Shown here one piece after another: positions 28,670-39,339 of a stretch of DNA of 64,000 nt (the stretch's first letter is position 1; every line of letters starts with the position of its first letter). Below the pieces are notes generated by a model. The model did no database searches, had not been told where the DNA came from, and saw only the letters and a program-made list of their open reading frames with translations. Source of the DNA: an uncultured virus (IMG/VR IMGVR_UViG_3300021431_000009) (taxonomy: Duplodnaviria; Heunggongvirae; Uroviricota; Caudoviricetes); the IMG/VR virus record IMGVR_UViG_3300021431_000009, one strand, 5' to 3'. Both the position numbers and the translations under genes were made by a program.

Positions 28670-29934
28670 CAGCAGCAGAAAAACTTTTCATTGCGTGTTT
28701 ACGAGGAAAGGACTCAAAGGTTCTTTCTCTCATACAACGTAAGTGGCTTGATGGTTCAGAAGTCAGGCAGTATAAATTTATCATGGAGTATTATCGTGAT
28801 TATGGTGAGGTTGTGGGCCTAAAGACGTTTTGTTCCAAGTTCAAATTGGACGCATCTGAGGCTGATGCCAGACCAGCACATTACCTTAATGACTTAAAGG
28901 AGAGGTTTATATTTGCATCTTTGTCTGAGAAAACTCCGAGAATCCTAAAGGACTTGAAGGAAGACCCTCGTGATGGGTTGCATAGGTTGCAGGAACTTGT
29001 GGCCACTCTTGCAGTGGATGCTGTTGAAAGTAGAGACACTCTTTATTCGGATGATATTGAATCACGTAAGAAAGATTATGAAGAGCGCATGAAGTCTATG
29101 GGTGTTACCTATTTAAGTATGGGTGCTCCCGATTTGGATAAAACGTTCTTTGGGTATCGAAAACAGGATTTGATTACCATTGGTGGTAAAGGTGGTCAAG
29201 GTAAAACATGGCTCATGTGTTTTCTTGTTCATCTTCTTGAGAGGGCAATTATTGAGAAAGAGGAACTGACGGAAGAGACATTCAATGATATTCTCTTTAT
29301 TACAAACGAAATGGGTGAAGAGGAAATCAAGGAACGTCTTGACTGCATCAGGTTCCGTTTACCATATAAGAGCTTCTTGGAGGGAACATTGTCAGCGCGT
29401 GAGCAGGGTCGTTACTATAAGGGCCTTGAGAAGTTGAAGGAGGAGAAATCCAAGATTCGCATTGTATATAGCTGCTCCACGATTGACGAGCTTGCAACAC
29501 AAATCGGGTTGTATCAGCCCTCGGCAGTATTCATAGACGGTTCTTATCTTATGGAACCCGGACGTGAAGAAGGGTGGGAGAAGATAGTGTATGTTACTCG
29601 AAACCTCAAACGTCTCGCAAAAAATACCAAGACACCTATTATCAATACTACTCAGTTAAAACGAGGTTCTTCAAAGTCGAGTTCTAAGTTCGCTCTTGAC
29701 GGACAGGATGATTTTGCTTATTCAAGTTCTTATTCACAGGACTCGGACATTGCAATTCGTATGTTCCAAGATGCGGACATGAAATTCCATGATATTGTTG
29801 GGTGTGAGGTTGTAAAGGGCAGACGTGTTATCAGTGGCACAACTCTTATGTTCCAGAATGACCTCGAATCCATGCTGCAATCAATAACATTACCAGCAGA
29901 AGATGCCAAGCCAGAGCGAAAAGAGGATTTCTAA
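28666..29934 (+). CDS. dnaB: Replicative DnaB-like helicase
   Basis: GGKGGQGKT, FITNEM, VFIDGSYLM, TTQLKR, QDSD motifs. Confidence 0.85.
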   Translation: MTAAEKLFIACLRGKDSKVLSLIQRKWLDGSEVRQYKFIMEYYRDYGEVVGLKTFCSKFKLDASEADARPAHYLNDLKERFIFASLSEKTPRILKDLKEDPRDGLHRLQELVATLAVDAVESRDTLYSDDIESRKKDYEERMKSMGVTYLSMGAPDLDKTFFGYRKQDLITIGGKGGQGKTWLMCFLVHLLERAIIEKEELTEETFNDILFITNEMGEEEIKERLDCIRFRLPYKSFLEGTLSAREQGRYYKGLEKLKEEKSKIRIVYSCSTIDELATQIGLYQPSAVFIDGSYLMEPGREEGWEKIVYVTRNLKRLAKNTKTPIINTTQLKRGSSKSSSKFALDGQDDFAYSSSYSQDSDIAIRMFQDADMKFHDIVGCEVVKGRRVISGTTLMFQNDLESMLQSITLPAEDAKPERKEDF

Positions 29935-30286
29935 TTTCGTTGAGGTTAATGGAATTGGGAAAATCCACTTAAAAGACCACACTATTGCCGATGTGTTCGT
30001 ATATGGGTATTTCAAGATGTTCAGATGGTACTTCATAGTACATCAGGATATAACAGACCCAGAACATCTTGTTGTCAGTGAAGCCTCCACAGGTTGCTGT
30101 TTGCAGGATAAAACGAACTATATGACGGTTGAAGATGCCCTTTATCATGAGCTTCCACGCATTCAGGCAAAGCAATATTATTTTGCTACAAGTGTTAGTA
30201 ACATTTTGGTTAAGTATCAAAAGAACCTATTAAAAGAAAATTTGGGTCTCAGGACTCTCGCAATAGACACTGCATTATGGATATAA
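29903..30286 (+). CDS. Hypothetical protein
   Basis: 127 aa ORF in continuous operon. Confidence 0.5.
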   Translation: MPSQSEKRISNFVEVNGIGKIHLKDHTIADVFVYGYFKMFRWYFIVHQDITDPEHLVVSEASTGCCLQDKTNYMTVEDALYHELPRIQAKQYYFATSVSNILVKYQKNLLKENLGLRTLAIDTALWI

Positions 30287-30654
30287 TAGACGAAAAAGGC
30301 GTTTTGTATATTGATTCACGTACACAATCCGTAGAAGAGGGAACCAAGGGAATTTGGATTTCCATTGGTCTTAGGCCCTTCTATTATAATAAGGTATTGT
30401 GGATAGATACTCTTAAGTTTGTGTTTGGCTCCTACGATAATCCTGGCGGGTTGGATGCAATGATTGAGGTATCATGTGGTGGTGTTGCTGCGAGTAAATT
30501 CGAGGTTAATGGTAGGGTCTCTATTGACAAACTTATCCAAGCGTACAAAGAAAAACTTGTTCGTCATAGGGCAACTTGTGGTGAGCAGGTAGTTGAGAAT
30601 TTCAAATCTAAATTTACAGTTCAGTTATGGCAGACAAAATTATGGGCGTTATAG
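30277..30654 (+). CDS. Hypothetical protein
   Basis: 125 aa ORF in continuous operon. Confidence 0.5.
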   Translation: MDIIDEKGVLYIDSRTQSVEEGTKGIWISIGLRPFYYNKVLWIDTLKFVFGSYDNPGGLDAMIEVSCGGVAASKFEVNGRVSIDKLIQAYKEKLVRHRATCGEQVVENFKSKFTVQLWQTKLWAL

Positions 30655-31034
30655 GATGGATTATCCTTATCGCCATTGTGCTTGGAGTAATATTCTTCAT
30701 TGCACAGCCGTTGATTTGGAGTCAGGACTATGCTGATTGGGTTGTGTATGCACGAGCGTTCCTCTTGCTCTCACTTATCAGCACGTTCGCACAACTTCGC
30801 TTGTTTAATGCGATTGTGAAGAACTCCTTGTTTTTAATCAAGTTGCGTGATTCGGTTTACAAGCTCACGGAGAAATTTCCTATGCTTGACCGAGGATTCA
30901 AGGCCCTCAATGGTACTCTTACCAGCAACAAGAGTTCAGTTGATGTCCTAAAGAAGTCTATTGACGCAAGCAAAGATTCCACTGAGAAACTATCTGAGAA
31001 AATAGATAGAATTAAGTTTAACTCAAAAAATTAA
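30627..31034 (+). CDS. Membrane protein with coiled-coil tail
   Basis: Two TM segments then heptad region. Confidence 0.55.
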   Translation: MADKIMGVIGWIILIAIVLGVIFFIAQPLIWSQDYADWVVYARAFLLLSLISTFAQLRLFNAIVKNSLFLIKLRDSVYKLTEKFPMLDRGFKALNGTLTSNKSSVDVLKKSIDASKDSTEKLSEKIDRIKFNSKN

Positions 31035-31237
31035 AGTAAAATGCTTAGTTACAACATTCATGTAAATGGCACTGTTGAAGACACCGAGAAGGGTTTCAAG
31101 TGCGGTATCGACATTTCCGTTTCAAACGGAGGTTCAGTAGAGAACATTGGTAAAGCTATTCAGTCTGCTGTGGATTCATTCCATGCTGCGGCTGTTGTTG
31201 CGCCGAAGAGTGAGGAACCTGCAAAATAAGCAGAGTT

Positions 31238-32176
31238 ATGCCTAAACGCTCACACGGAGTGTCCTTGATGGGAATCTTTAAGGACTTCTCTCCAGTTCAG
31301 TTAAGCAACGGACAAATACGTATGGAATGTCCTTTCCGTGAAAACCACACGGACGGCAGTGGAAGAATGTCTTTCTTCGTCAGCCCCGACATCAATGCGT
31401 ATCATTGTTTCAGTTGTGAGGCCAAAGGTAATTTGGTGAAACTTCTTACAACACGCTTCAAGGTCAACTACTTTGATGCAATGGGTCTTGTTCATCATGG
31501 TGAGCATAAACCAAAGCCCGTAGCTTTTGACCTTGATGTGATGTGGGATTTCAATAAGCCCCCAAGGGAGTTTATCAAAAGAGGTTACTCAAAGGAAACC
31601 TTGAGGCACTTTCGTGTGGGTATGACTGAAGATGACGAAATAATCATTCCTTACTATTCCGACTTTAAGCATCCAATTAATTTGTTGGGGTATCAGAAAC
31701 GTTGGTACTATCCAGACAGGCGGGTATTAAATTCCAAGCATTTCAATAAAAAGGAATACTTGTATAACTTAGATTTGTCTTATGCCTACGTTGTGTTAGT
31801 TGAAGGTCAATCTGATGTGTGGAGACTTTATCAGCACGGGTATAATGCTTGTGCTTTAATGGGAGCCAATATTTCTTCATGGCAAGTTGAGCAGCTTTCA
31901 AAGTTTGATAGAGTGTACCTTGCTCTTGATAATGATGAAGCAGGAAGACGCGGTGTGGAGATTTGTTACTTCTTCTTAAAGAACCATACTGATGTACGAT
32001 TGATTCCATATACTACAAAAGACCCCGGTGAATGTGCATCCAAGGATGAATGGATAGAGGCGTTCCAAGGAAATACTGACTATGCAGTTTACTCTATGGA
32101 AATGGCAATAGGTTGGGATGACTATCTTGATATGCGTGATGAAGTTTTACGAGAAATTAAGGGTCGTAGAGAATGA
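31238..32176 (+). CDS. dnaG: DNA primase (CHC2 zinc finger + Toprim)
   Basis: CPF..H...YHCFSC; VLVEGQSD; LALDNDEAG; KDPGE. Confidence 0.9.
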   Translation: MPKRSHGVSLMGIFKDFSPVQLSNGQIRMECPFRENHTDGSGRMSFFVSPDINAYHCFSCEAKGNLVKLLTTRFKVNYFDAMGLVHHGEHKPKPVAFDLDVMWDFNKPPREFIKRGYSKETLRHFRVGMTEDDEIIIPYYSDFKHPINLLGYQKRWYYPDRRVLNSKHFNKKEYLYNLDLSYAYVVLVEGQSDVWRLYQHGYNACALMGANISSWQVEQLSKFDRVYLALDNDEAGRRGVEICYFFLKNHTDVRLIPYTTKDPGECASKDEWIEAFQGNTDYAVYSMEMAIGWDDYLDMRDEVLREIKGRRE

Positions 32177-32208
32177 TTTGGAGTTATCAAAAATTATATG
32201 TATATTTG
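32177..32208 (+). promoter_or_regulatory. Bacteroidota-type promoter
   Basis: GAATGA-TTTG-N20-TATATTTG. Confidence 0.8.
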
Positions 32209-32283
32209 TGTAAACAATTTCGGGACGGGTGTTCCCATTATGCCAATGCAATGGCAATGTATAACAAATTAAAAACAAAGATT

Positions 32284-32952
32284 ATGCCAAGTAGAGACGA
32301 GCGTCCAAGACGCAGAGAAAGAGGTTCCGAGTCCTCACGTTCAGAACGTAAAACTCAGGGTTGGGGTGCAGTTGCAAAACGTCAAGCAGAAGTTGCTGAA
32401 AGACGAGAGGCAGCAGAAAACTCAGTTCGTGATTTCTGGCTGAAACCAGACGAGAGTGCAATCATCCAGTTCTTACAGGACGAGCCGTATTGTTTCGATG
32501 CCCACCAAGTGAAGGACAAGAAAGGCAATTGGCAAATCGTTCCCTGCCAGCTCAACAACAGCAGACATTGTGTACTCTGCAATGAGGGTGTTAAGCAGAC
32601 ATGGCGTGCTGCGTTCAAGATTATCGACTATCGTGGTTCGTGGGACAAGGACAAGAAGAAGTTCCTCTATGACAAGCCAGTCGAGAAGATTTGGAAGGTC
32701 GGTTCCACAATTGCCCAGCAACTCAAGCAGATTGTTGACAAGAAGGGTAAGGAACTCACTGAAATGGTATTCGAGGTTACACGTAGTGGTAGCGGAAAGG
32801 ATTCTTCTTACAACTTTGAACAGGCGTTTGACGATGACGACCGCAAGATGAAACCAAAGGATTGGGAAGAGCAGACACCTTCTGCTGAGGAACTCTGCCA
32901 GCCACCTACGGAAGACGAGATTGATGAAGCAGGTTACACTGACGAAGAGTAA
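32284..32952 (+). CDS. Single-stranded DNA-binding protein (gp32-like)
   Basis: DFWLK..IQFL, Cys/His cluster (H..C..C..C), EVTRSGSGKDSSY, acidic tail; start at 32284 (track start is inside the promoter). Confidence 0.75.
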   Translation: MPSRDERPRRRERGSESSRSERKTQGWGAVAKRQAEVAERREAAENSVRDFWLKPDESAIIQFLQDEPYCFDAHQVKDKKGNWQIVPCQLNNSRHCVLCNEGVKQTWRAAFKIIDYRGSWDKDKKKFLYDKPVEKIWKVGSTIAQQLKQIVDKKGKELTEMVFEVTRSGSGKDSSYNFEQAFDDDDRKMKPKDWEEQTPSAEELCQPPTEDEIDEAGYTDEE

Positions 32953-32966
32953 CTTCTTGTAGATAC

Positions 32967-32993
32967 GGGAGGTCATAATTGTGTGGCCTCCCT
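32967..32993 (+). terminator. Hairpin/terminator between SSB and polymerase
   Basis: GGGAGGTCATA/TGTGGCCTCCC stem, weak U-tract. Confidence 0.5.
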
Positions 32994-33006
32994 AAATTAG
33001 TTTAAC

Positions 33007-34893
33007 ATGAAAGAGATAAAGGTTTACAAAGGACACGTTGACTTAGTAGAGACTGCTGAGGAACTTGAGAGATTCCTATCTTCTCTTGAGGATAACTCTA
33101 TTCTTACTGAGGACTGGGAAACAACGGGTTTGGACTATGATGCAACTCCATTGGGGCTGTCATTGCATCAGCGAGGAAAGAACCCTACGTTTGTTCCCAT
33201 AGATTACTATTTCAGTAAGGGTCTCCCAATGGAGGTTGTTGCTGAGAAGTGCAACAGGCATTTCAAGCGTTTACGTCTTATCGCGCATAATGCAAAGTAC
33301 GATAGTATGATTAACGTTATGAACGGTATCAAAGATGAGAACTGCAATTTCATTGCTGATACGCTTGTTATGGTTCATCTTGTTGACCCGACTCTTGACA
33401 AACAGCTTGAGAAACGTGTTGCTCAGGATTTCGGTTATACCAAGAAGACCTTTGAGGAAATTCTTGCTGAGAAGTACGGAAGTAAGAGGAAACTGAAATG
33501 GTCAACTATTAATTGGGATAACATGGGTGACGAGCTTCTTCCGTTACTTGCTGGGTATGCCGGCGAAGATACCTATTGGGAAACAAGGTTGTATCACCAT
33601 TACAAAGAGGCTCTTGATGCAGACGCATGGAAAATCCACAATAAGATTGAAATGCCGATGATTAAGATTCTCCGTGATGCCAAGATTCGCGGTGTGCTTA
33701 TTGATGTACCTTTGTTACTTGACATGGGTACTCGTGCACAGGAACGTCTTGAGCAGGCAATGGATAATATCTATGAGACTGCGGGTTGTACTTTCAATCT
33801 TAATTCCCCAAAGCAAAAGCAACAGGTATTCTTTGACAAGCTGAAACTTCCTATTATATCATACACAAAGAGTGGTCAGCCTTCTACTGATGCAGATAGT
33901 GCTGAACAATGGGCGGAAATGGGTTATCCTATTGGTAAGGCCCTTGTAGATTATTCTGAGTTGCAGAAGTTGTTGTCGGGTTATATCAATGCTATTCCTA
34001 ATTTGGTGGACGAGCACAATGTTTTGCGTGGAGACCTTAATAGTTGTGGTACTCGCACAGGTCGTATGTCCTCAAGCAATCCTAACTTGCAGAATCAGCC
34101 CAACAATCACGATTTTCCAATCCGCGATGCTTTTATACCAAGACCCGGATACGTGTTTGTCAATTATGACTATTCACAGTTGGAACTCCGTGTGATGGCA
34201 CACATGAGTAAGGACGAGAAGTTTATGCACATCTTCCTTACAGGTGGAGACCCACATGGTGATGTAGCAACTCGTTGTGGTATTACACGTAAGCAGGCGA
34301 AAGTGATGAACTTTGGTGTGCTATATGGTATGGGACCAGATAAGTACGAGCGTACCTTTGATGTATCACACGAAAGAGCCTTGCAGATGATTGATGATTA
34401 TCACAAAACGTACACAGGATTTGCTCGTTGGAAGACATCAACGGAGAATTATGCAAAGAAGAACGGTTATGTGAAAAATCTTTTCGGACGTAAGCGTATT
34501 CTCAGTGAGGCTGCAAAGAATCCGTATAGCGGCACAGTTGATAAACGAAAGTATTTTGGTGAATTACGTCAGAGTGTAAACACCATTATCCAAGGTACAG
34601 GTGCTGATATTGTTAAGCTCGCAACTATTGCAATGTGCAAGGAGTTCGAGAGGAGACAACTTGATGCACACTTCTTATTGCAGGTACACGATGAGGTACT
34701 GATTGAAGCTCGTATTGACCAGATGTTTGAGATTGAAAAGGTCGTAATTGATTGTATGCAGAATACGGTCAAACTTGATGTTCCTCTTATTGCAGATGGT
34801 AAGATACTTGCAAAGTGGGGCGAAATGAAAGACGATAATATTCAGTCACTACCATTTAGATTTGATTACTCTTTATATAGTGGATTGTTATGA
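33007..34893 (+). CDS. polA: Family A DNA polymerase with 3'-5' exonuclease
   Basis: DWETTGL, HNAKYD, DYSQLELR, RKQAKVMNFGVLYG, QVHDE. Confidence 0.95.
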   Translation: MKEIKVYKGHVDLVETAEELERFLSSLEDNSILTEDWETTGLDYDATPLGLSLHQRGKNPTFVPIDYYFSKGLPMEVVAEKCNRHFKRLRLIAHNAKYDSMINVMNGIKDENCNFIADTLVMVHLVDPTLDKQLEKRVAQDFGYTKKTFEEILAEKYGSKRKLKWSTINWDNMGDELLPLLAGYAGEDTYWETRLYHHYKEALDADAWKIHNKIEMPMIKILRDAKIRGVLIDVPLLLDMGTRAQERLEQAMDNIYETAGCTFNLNSPKQKQQVFFDKLKLPIISYTKSGQPSTDADSAEQWAEMGYPIGKALVDYSELQKLLSGYINAIPNLVDEHNVLRGDLNSCGTRTGRMSSSNPNLQNQPNNHDFPIRDAFIPRPGYVFVNYDYSQLELRVMAHMSKDEKFMHIFLTGGDPHGDVATRCGITRKQAKVMNFGVLYGMGPDKYERTFDVSHERALQMIDDYHKTYTGFARWKTSTENYAKKNGYVKNLFGRKRILSEAAKNPYSGTVDKRKYFGELRQSVNTIIQGTGADIVKLATIAMCKEFERRQLDAHFLLQVHDEVLIEARIDQMFEIEKVVIDCMQNTVKLDVPLIADGKILAKWGEMKDDNIQSLPFRFDYSLYSGLL

Positions 34894-35361
34894 AGAAGTT
34901 TGCAGTTGTTTTAGGTATCTTAGTGATTGTTGTTCCTTTTATCGTAAACCCCTCATGGTTAGATGATAGGCAGAAGGTAATATTTGCTTGTGTAGAGGTA
35001 GCTATGATAACTTTGTTCGTATGTGTTGTGGCTAACTTGTATAGCAAGTATATTGATAAGTGGAGAAAGGAGTAAGGTATGAAACCAGAAATTCGTAAAC
35101 AGATTGAAGACGACTATGTTCGTGCAGTACGGCATACGGCCCAAAGGTACAATGTACCACAAGACGAGGTTGAATTAATATTTAAAGACCTAAAGTTATG
35201 AAGCAGCATACGATTTACTTGACATATCGAGTGGACTTTTCCTATGACGAGGATGAAATCTCTGAGGAAGAGGCGGTGAATTTGTTGGGTGAAAACTTTA
35301 TGGAACCTAACAATGATAATATCCAAATAGATAACAAAGAATTTTCTTATCCGAGTTTATT

Positions 35362-35751
35362 ATGAAAGTAGTATTTAATAAGGTAATTCCTTTTAGTGGA
35401 TTCTTGGCCATGTGCTTATGGCCTTTCATTTTTGTGCGGGAAAAAGCTGCCAGCAGATACACGGTGATTGTGAATAACCATGAGCATATTCATGCTGAAC
35501 AGCAAAAGGAAATGCTTGTAGTAGGTGTCATTCTTGCAGTTGCTTTTTACTTTTGCATAGGCTTGTGGTCATTGTTGTTCTTACCGATATTTCTTTGGTG
35601 GTATTGCATAGAGTGGTTTATCAGACTTTTCTTAAATGGACGTGCCTATAAGAATATCAGCTTTGAAAGGGAGGCGTACTTTAATGAGACTGACTTAACC
35701 TACTTGGGTGAGCGTAAACGTTTTAGTTGGATAAAATATTTAATAAGATAA
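35362..35751 (+). CDS. Membrane protein with HExxH zincin-like motif
   Basis: NNHEHIHAEQQKE, AYKNISFEREAY. Confidence 0.7.
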   Translation: MKVVFNKVIPFSGFLAMCLWPFIFVREKAASRYTVIVNNHEHIHAEQQKEMLVVGVILAVAFYFCIGLWSLLFLPIFLWWYCIEWFIRLFLNGRAYKNISFEREAYFNETDLTYLGERKRFSWIKYLIR

Positions 35752-35753
35752 CA

Positions 35754-36887
35754 ATGGCTAAGAAATTATCAAGTCTCAATGCAATGCTTGAGAAGTTTAA
35801 CTCTACGATGGGAGAGGGTATCATTCATACCGCATCCGAACTTCCGTCTTGTAGAAAAATCAAGAGTTCGATTCCAGCGTATAACTACGTAACTGACGGA
35901 GGCTTTCCAATTGGGCGTGTGATTGAGCATTATGGTGAAAATGGCTCTCTGAAGAGCTACACAGCCTATGATGCAATTGCACAATTCCAGCATTATGATT
36001 GGGGAAACCACAAGGCAAATGCTTTCAAGAGTTTCTCTTATTCAGGAACCGGTGCTGTACGTGAACTTGAGGGCTATGAGTTGGTTAAGGGGTATAAACC
36101 TAAGAAAGACCCAATTGTGCGTCGTGTTGCTTTGGTGGACATTGAAGGAACCTATACACCCGATTGGGGTAAACGTTTTGGTATCGACAATGAGGGTTTG
36201 ATTCTGATTAGGCCCACATTACTTACTGAGGCGGTGGATATAGTCCAGGCACTTCTTATAGACGAGAGTATCTCACTTATCGTATTCGATAGTCTTTCGG
36301 CAGTCGGCACTGATGATGAAGTTGAGAAGTCTATGGAAGACCAACAAATGGCTAGTGGAGCACGTTTTTGGAATAAGGCGTGTCGTAAATTCCAAGCGGC
36401 TATGAATGGAAATCCTCATGGAGAATCTACTCTTATTGTTATCAACTCAGCTTATCAGAAAACCGGCATTGCCTATGGCGACCCCGAAGTTATTCGTAAT
36501 GGTGAGCAGTTGAAACGTACCAAGAGCTTATCCGTGAGATTCCGTCCTCTCAAAGAAATCAAAGGTAAAACTGATGTAGGTGAACTTGCCGTTGGCAGAA
36601 ATGTGGCTATTGACTGCATGAAGAATAAGACAGGTGTGAATGGAAGACGTGCCACGTTCTTCTACGCATTTGTTACCTATGGAAATACCCCAGCGTACAA
36701 AACTGATGTTGAGGGCCAGATTATCGACCTTGGTCTGAAATATGGGCTTGTGGAGAGAAAAGGTGCTTGGTATTCTTATGGTGATGTACGTGTAAGCGGT
36801 ATGGACTCTTTCTCTTCGGAACTTGTGAAAACAGGTGCTATCAAACAATTGGAAGAAGATGTGTACGTTGAAATGGAAGACGAATGA
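35754..36887 (+). CDS. recA: RecA-like recombinase
   Basis: GGFPIGRVIEHYGENGSLKS, VDIEG, IVFDSLSA, KNKTG, GAWYSY. Confidence 0.9.
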   Translation: MAKKLSSLNAMLEKFNSTMGEGIIHTASELPSCRKIKSSIPAYNYVTDGGFPIGRVIEHYGENGSLKSYTAYDAIAQFQHYDWGNHKANAFKSFSYSGTGAVRELEGYELVKGYKPKKDPIVRRVALVDIEGTYTPDWGKRFGIDNEGLILIRPTLLTEAVDIVQALLIDESISLIVFDSLSAVGTDDEVEKSMEDQQMASGARFWNKACRKFQAAMNGNPHGESTLIVINSAYQKTGIAYGDPEVIRNGEQLKRTKSLSVRFRPLKEIKGKTDVGELAVGRNVAIDCMKNKTGVNGRRATFFYAFVTYGNTPAYKTDVEGQIIDLGLKYGLVERKGAWYSYGDVRVSGMDSFSSELVKTGAIKQLEEDVYVEMEDE

Positions 36888-37384
36888 ACTTACTTGTAGT
36901 TCCTTTTATTGAGACAACGATTCCCCTTAACCTTGAGGAAAACGAGCATGGTGTAGCACATCATGTCCTTGAGGCTAAGGGGATGCACAAAGGTCAGAAA
37001 ACTCATTGGTCTATTGAGATTATGAGTGTCAATGGCATTTGGTATGGGTGCTATGATGTCCAGACAAACACTGCTGGATGTTGTGGGCCTTGTACGAGAA
37101 CAAGTCCATTTGCTGATGTAGAAGAGTGCATAACTTATTACCATTGTCGAATTTGTACGTTCCTTAAAAGCAACAATAAGAGTGTTCCACTCAGACCTTC
37201 TTTTGAGGACTTTAAAGAATCTTATCCTTATAATTATGAGTAAAATGGCGCTTAAAGAGTTGATTGGAAAATATCACTCAGAGCTTGAAACAATAGTCAA
37301 TGACCTTGCTCAGAAATCTACAGGCGGTGAAGAAGCCAGTATTGTATTTCCTATGGGTAAAGTGACAATCAAATTAAGGTAACT

Positions 37385-38257
37385 ATGAAAGATGAATTTA
37401 CAAAGCAGTGGATAACTGACAATGCCTTGGAAATTATTCCGAGATATGAAAAAGGAGTTCTTACGTTGAGAGCCTTGCATTATCAGTTGGTGTCAATTGG
37501 AATGACTAACTCAATTAATCATTACAAGCGCGTGGTAAATGCAATGATTGAAGCTCGTTGGGCAGGACTTGTTGACTTTGACACATTCTCAGACCTCGAC
37601 CGTTCTATGATTGGTAGCACTTCTTTTTATCCGACTGATATTGAAAGTCGTTTAGACGAGGCAAAGAAGCAAGTACGCTTGTGGATGACTATCTATCATA
37701 AGAACCGTTGGGAAAATCAGGCGGTATATCCAGAGGTGTTTATTGAGAAAAAGGCCCTTCAAGGAGTTTTCTCTTCTGTATGTGAGAGGTGGAACGTTGC
37801 TCTCGGTGCTTGCAAAGGGTATCCGTCACTTACATTCTTGTATGAAGCATCATTGCGTATGAAGGAAGCTATCTATCAAGATAAGCAACCTATTATACTT
37901 TACTTTGGTGACTACGACCCAAGCGGAGAAGATATTCCTCGTGCAATTCAAGAGAACCTTGAAAAATTAGGTGTTCCAGAAGTGGAGGTGCGGAGAATTG
38001 CTCTTATGGAAAGTCAGGTAGTTGATTGGCACCTTCCACCAGCTCCAGTAAAAGTAGGTGATTCTCGCTCTGCTACTTGGGGAGGACTTGGGCAGGTTGA
38101 ACTTGACGCTGTTGAACCTAAGAAGTTACAGGCTCTTTGTGATTCTGCAATAGAAGAGGTCTTCGATAGTGGCAAATACTATGACCTCATGGAAGCAGAA
38201 GATTCTGAAAGTAGCGAGTTTATCCGTAGAATGAAAGATTTTGCAGCAGGATTATAA
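37385..38257 (+). CDS. Toprim-domain protein (topoisomerase VI-A/DUF2399-like)
   Basis: TLRALHYQLV, EVFIEKKAL, KGYPS, LYFGDYDPSGEDI, ELDA. Confidence 0.75.
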   Translation: MKDEFTKQWITDNALEIIPRYEKGVLTLRALHYQLVSIGMTNSINHYKRVVNAMIEARWAGLVDFDTFSDLDRSMIGSTSFYPTDIESRLDEAKKQVRLWMTIYHKNRWENQAVYPEVFIEKKALQGVFSSVCERWNVALGACKGYPSLTFLYEASLRMKEAIYQDKQPIILYFGDYDPSGEDIPRAIQENLEKLGVPEVEVRRIALMESQVVDWHLPPAPVKVGDSRSATWGGLGQVELDAVEPKKLQALCDSAIEEVFDSGKYYDLMEAEDSESSEFIRRMKDFAAGL

Positions 38258-38613
38258 TGAAGCATAAATTTGGGTATCTATCTCGTTTAGACGGGGAGAC
38301 AACACGTAAAAGGTCAGGAAGACAGGAATCACGTCTTGCCAAGCAGCTTAATGGGCATACTTCAATTAACTCAGGCGCTACATTTGGTCAGAATGACGTG
38401 ATTGCTGACTTCTGCGAAGTGGAAGCAAAAACCACTAAGCATGAATCTTTTTCCTTGAAGCTCTCTGATTGGAGAATACTACGTAAGAAATGCGCGGGCA
38501 ATAAAATACCTATCTTTGTTGTGGACTTTGAAAGCAGCAAGGACACCCTTGCCGTTCTTACTATGGACGACTTAGAATTTTTAATTCAACAAGCAAATAA
38601 TGTGGACGTATGA
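38257..38613 (+). CDS. PD-(D/E)xK nuclease, Holliday-junction resolvase-like
   Basis: QE..LAK, NSGA...DV...EVEAKTT. Confidence 0.7.
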   Translation: MKHKFGYLSRLDGETTRKRSGRQESRLAKQLNGHTSINSGATFGQNDVIADFCEVEAKTTKHESFSLKLSDWRILRKKCAGNKIPIFVVDFESSKDTLAVLTMDDLEFLIQQANNVDV

Positions 38614-39158
38614 ATCAAGTTCAAAGAAAATATCTTATAGATAAGATACAGAAAGCTTCTGAGGAGGCTATAAAAGAGATGCGGAAGTCTCTTCCACAGA
38701 AACCAGAGTTGTCAAGGTACTGTTTAATGGCCCTTCTTAATGGAGAATTAAAGATTAAGGGCAATTCCGAGCTTCTTCAAGTTCTTAAAAACAGGGCCTT
38801 AGAGAGTAATGGAAGTGTGTTCTCTCATGGATGGAGAAGTCAGGAAGACGGAGAAATCACATTTAGGCTGGAGGAATTTTTTGAAGTACCCATAGGTTAC
38901 ACTGAGGCTTACTCTGATTGGGTTAAGAAATCTTCTGCCATTAAGGACAAGATAAACCTCTTAGAGAAGCAGTCTGAAGGTTTGTGTACTCGTATTCAAT
39001 TGGCCTCTAATAAGACGCTTGAGCGTATGATAGCGGAAATTGATAATATGGGAGATATTAGCCTCATGGATTGTACTCTTAAAAGTCTTATGAGCAGTGA
39101 TGATGCTTTAGTAAAATGTTCAGGTGATATAAATATTAAGGAGTATGGAGACGTTTGA
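38610..39158 (+). CDS. Hypothetical protein
   Basis: 182 aa ORF. Confidence 0.55.
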   Translation: MNQVQRKYLIDKIQKASEEAIKEMRKSLPQKPELSRYCLMALLNGELKIKGNSELLQVLKNRALESNGSVFSHGWRSQEDGEITFRLEEFFEVPIGYTEAYSDWVKKSSAIKDKINLLEKQSEGLCTRIQLASNKTLERMIAEIDNMGDISLMDCTLKSLMSSDDALVKCSGDINIKEYGDV

Positions 39159-39303
39159 GTATATGGGCAAAGCCTTTACAAGAGCTAAAGGTAGAAGCTC
39201 TGAGAGTTGCTATGGGTGTTGGTTTGCTGAAAACGGTATTTCTTGCATCCCAAAAGGTGTGCCGGAATGTAAATCTGACATCTTTATAGAAGTAAAAGAG
39301 TGA

Positions 39304-39335
39304 TTTGGAGAATCCATTATTTTTTACTATATTTG
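39304..39335 (+). promoter_or_regulatory. Bacteroidota-type promoter
   Basis: GAGTGA-TTTG-N20-TATATTTG. Confidence 0.8.
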
Positions 39336-39339
39336 TAAT

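Noticed and set aside
33007..36887. Inteins or introns in polymerase, RecA or helicases
   Set aside because: ORFs are continuous and of normal length, with no intein splice-junction motifs or homing endonucleases
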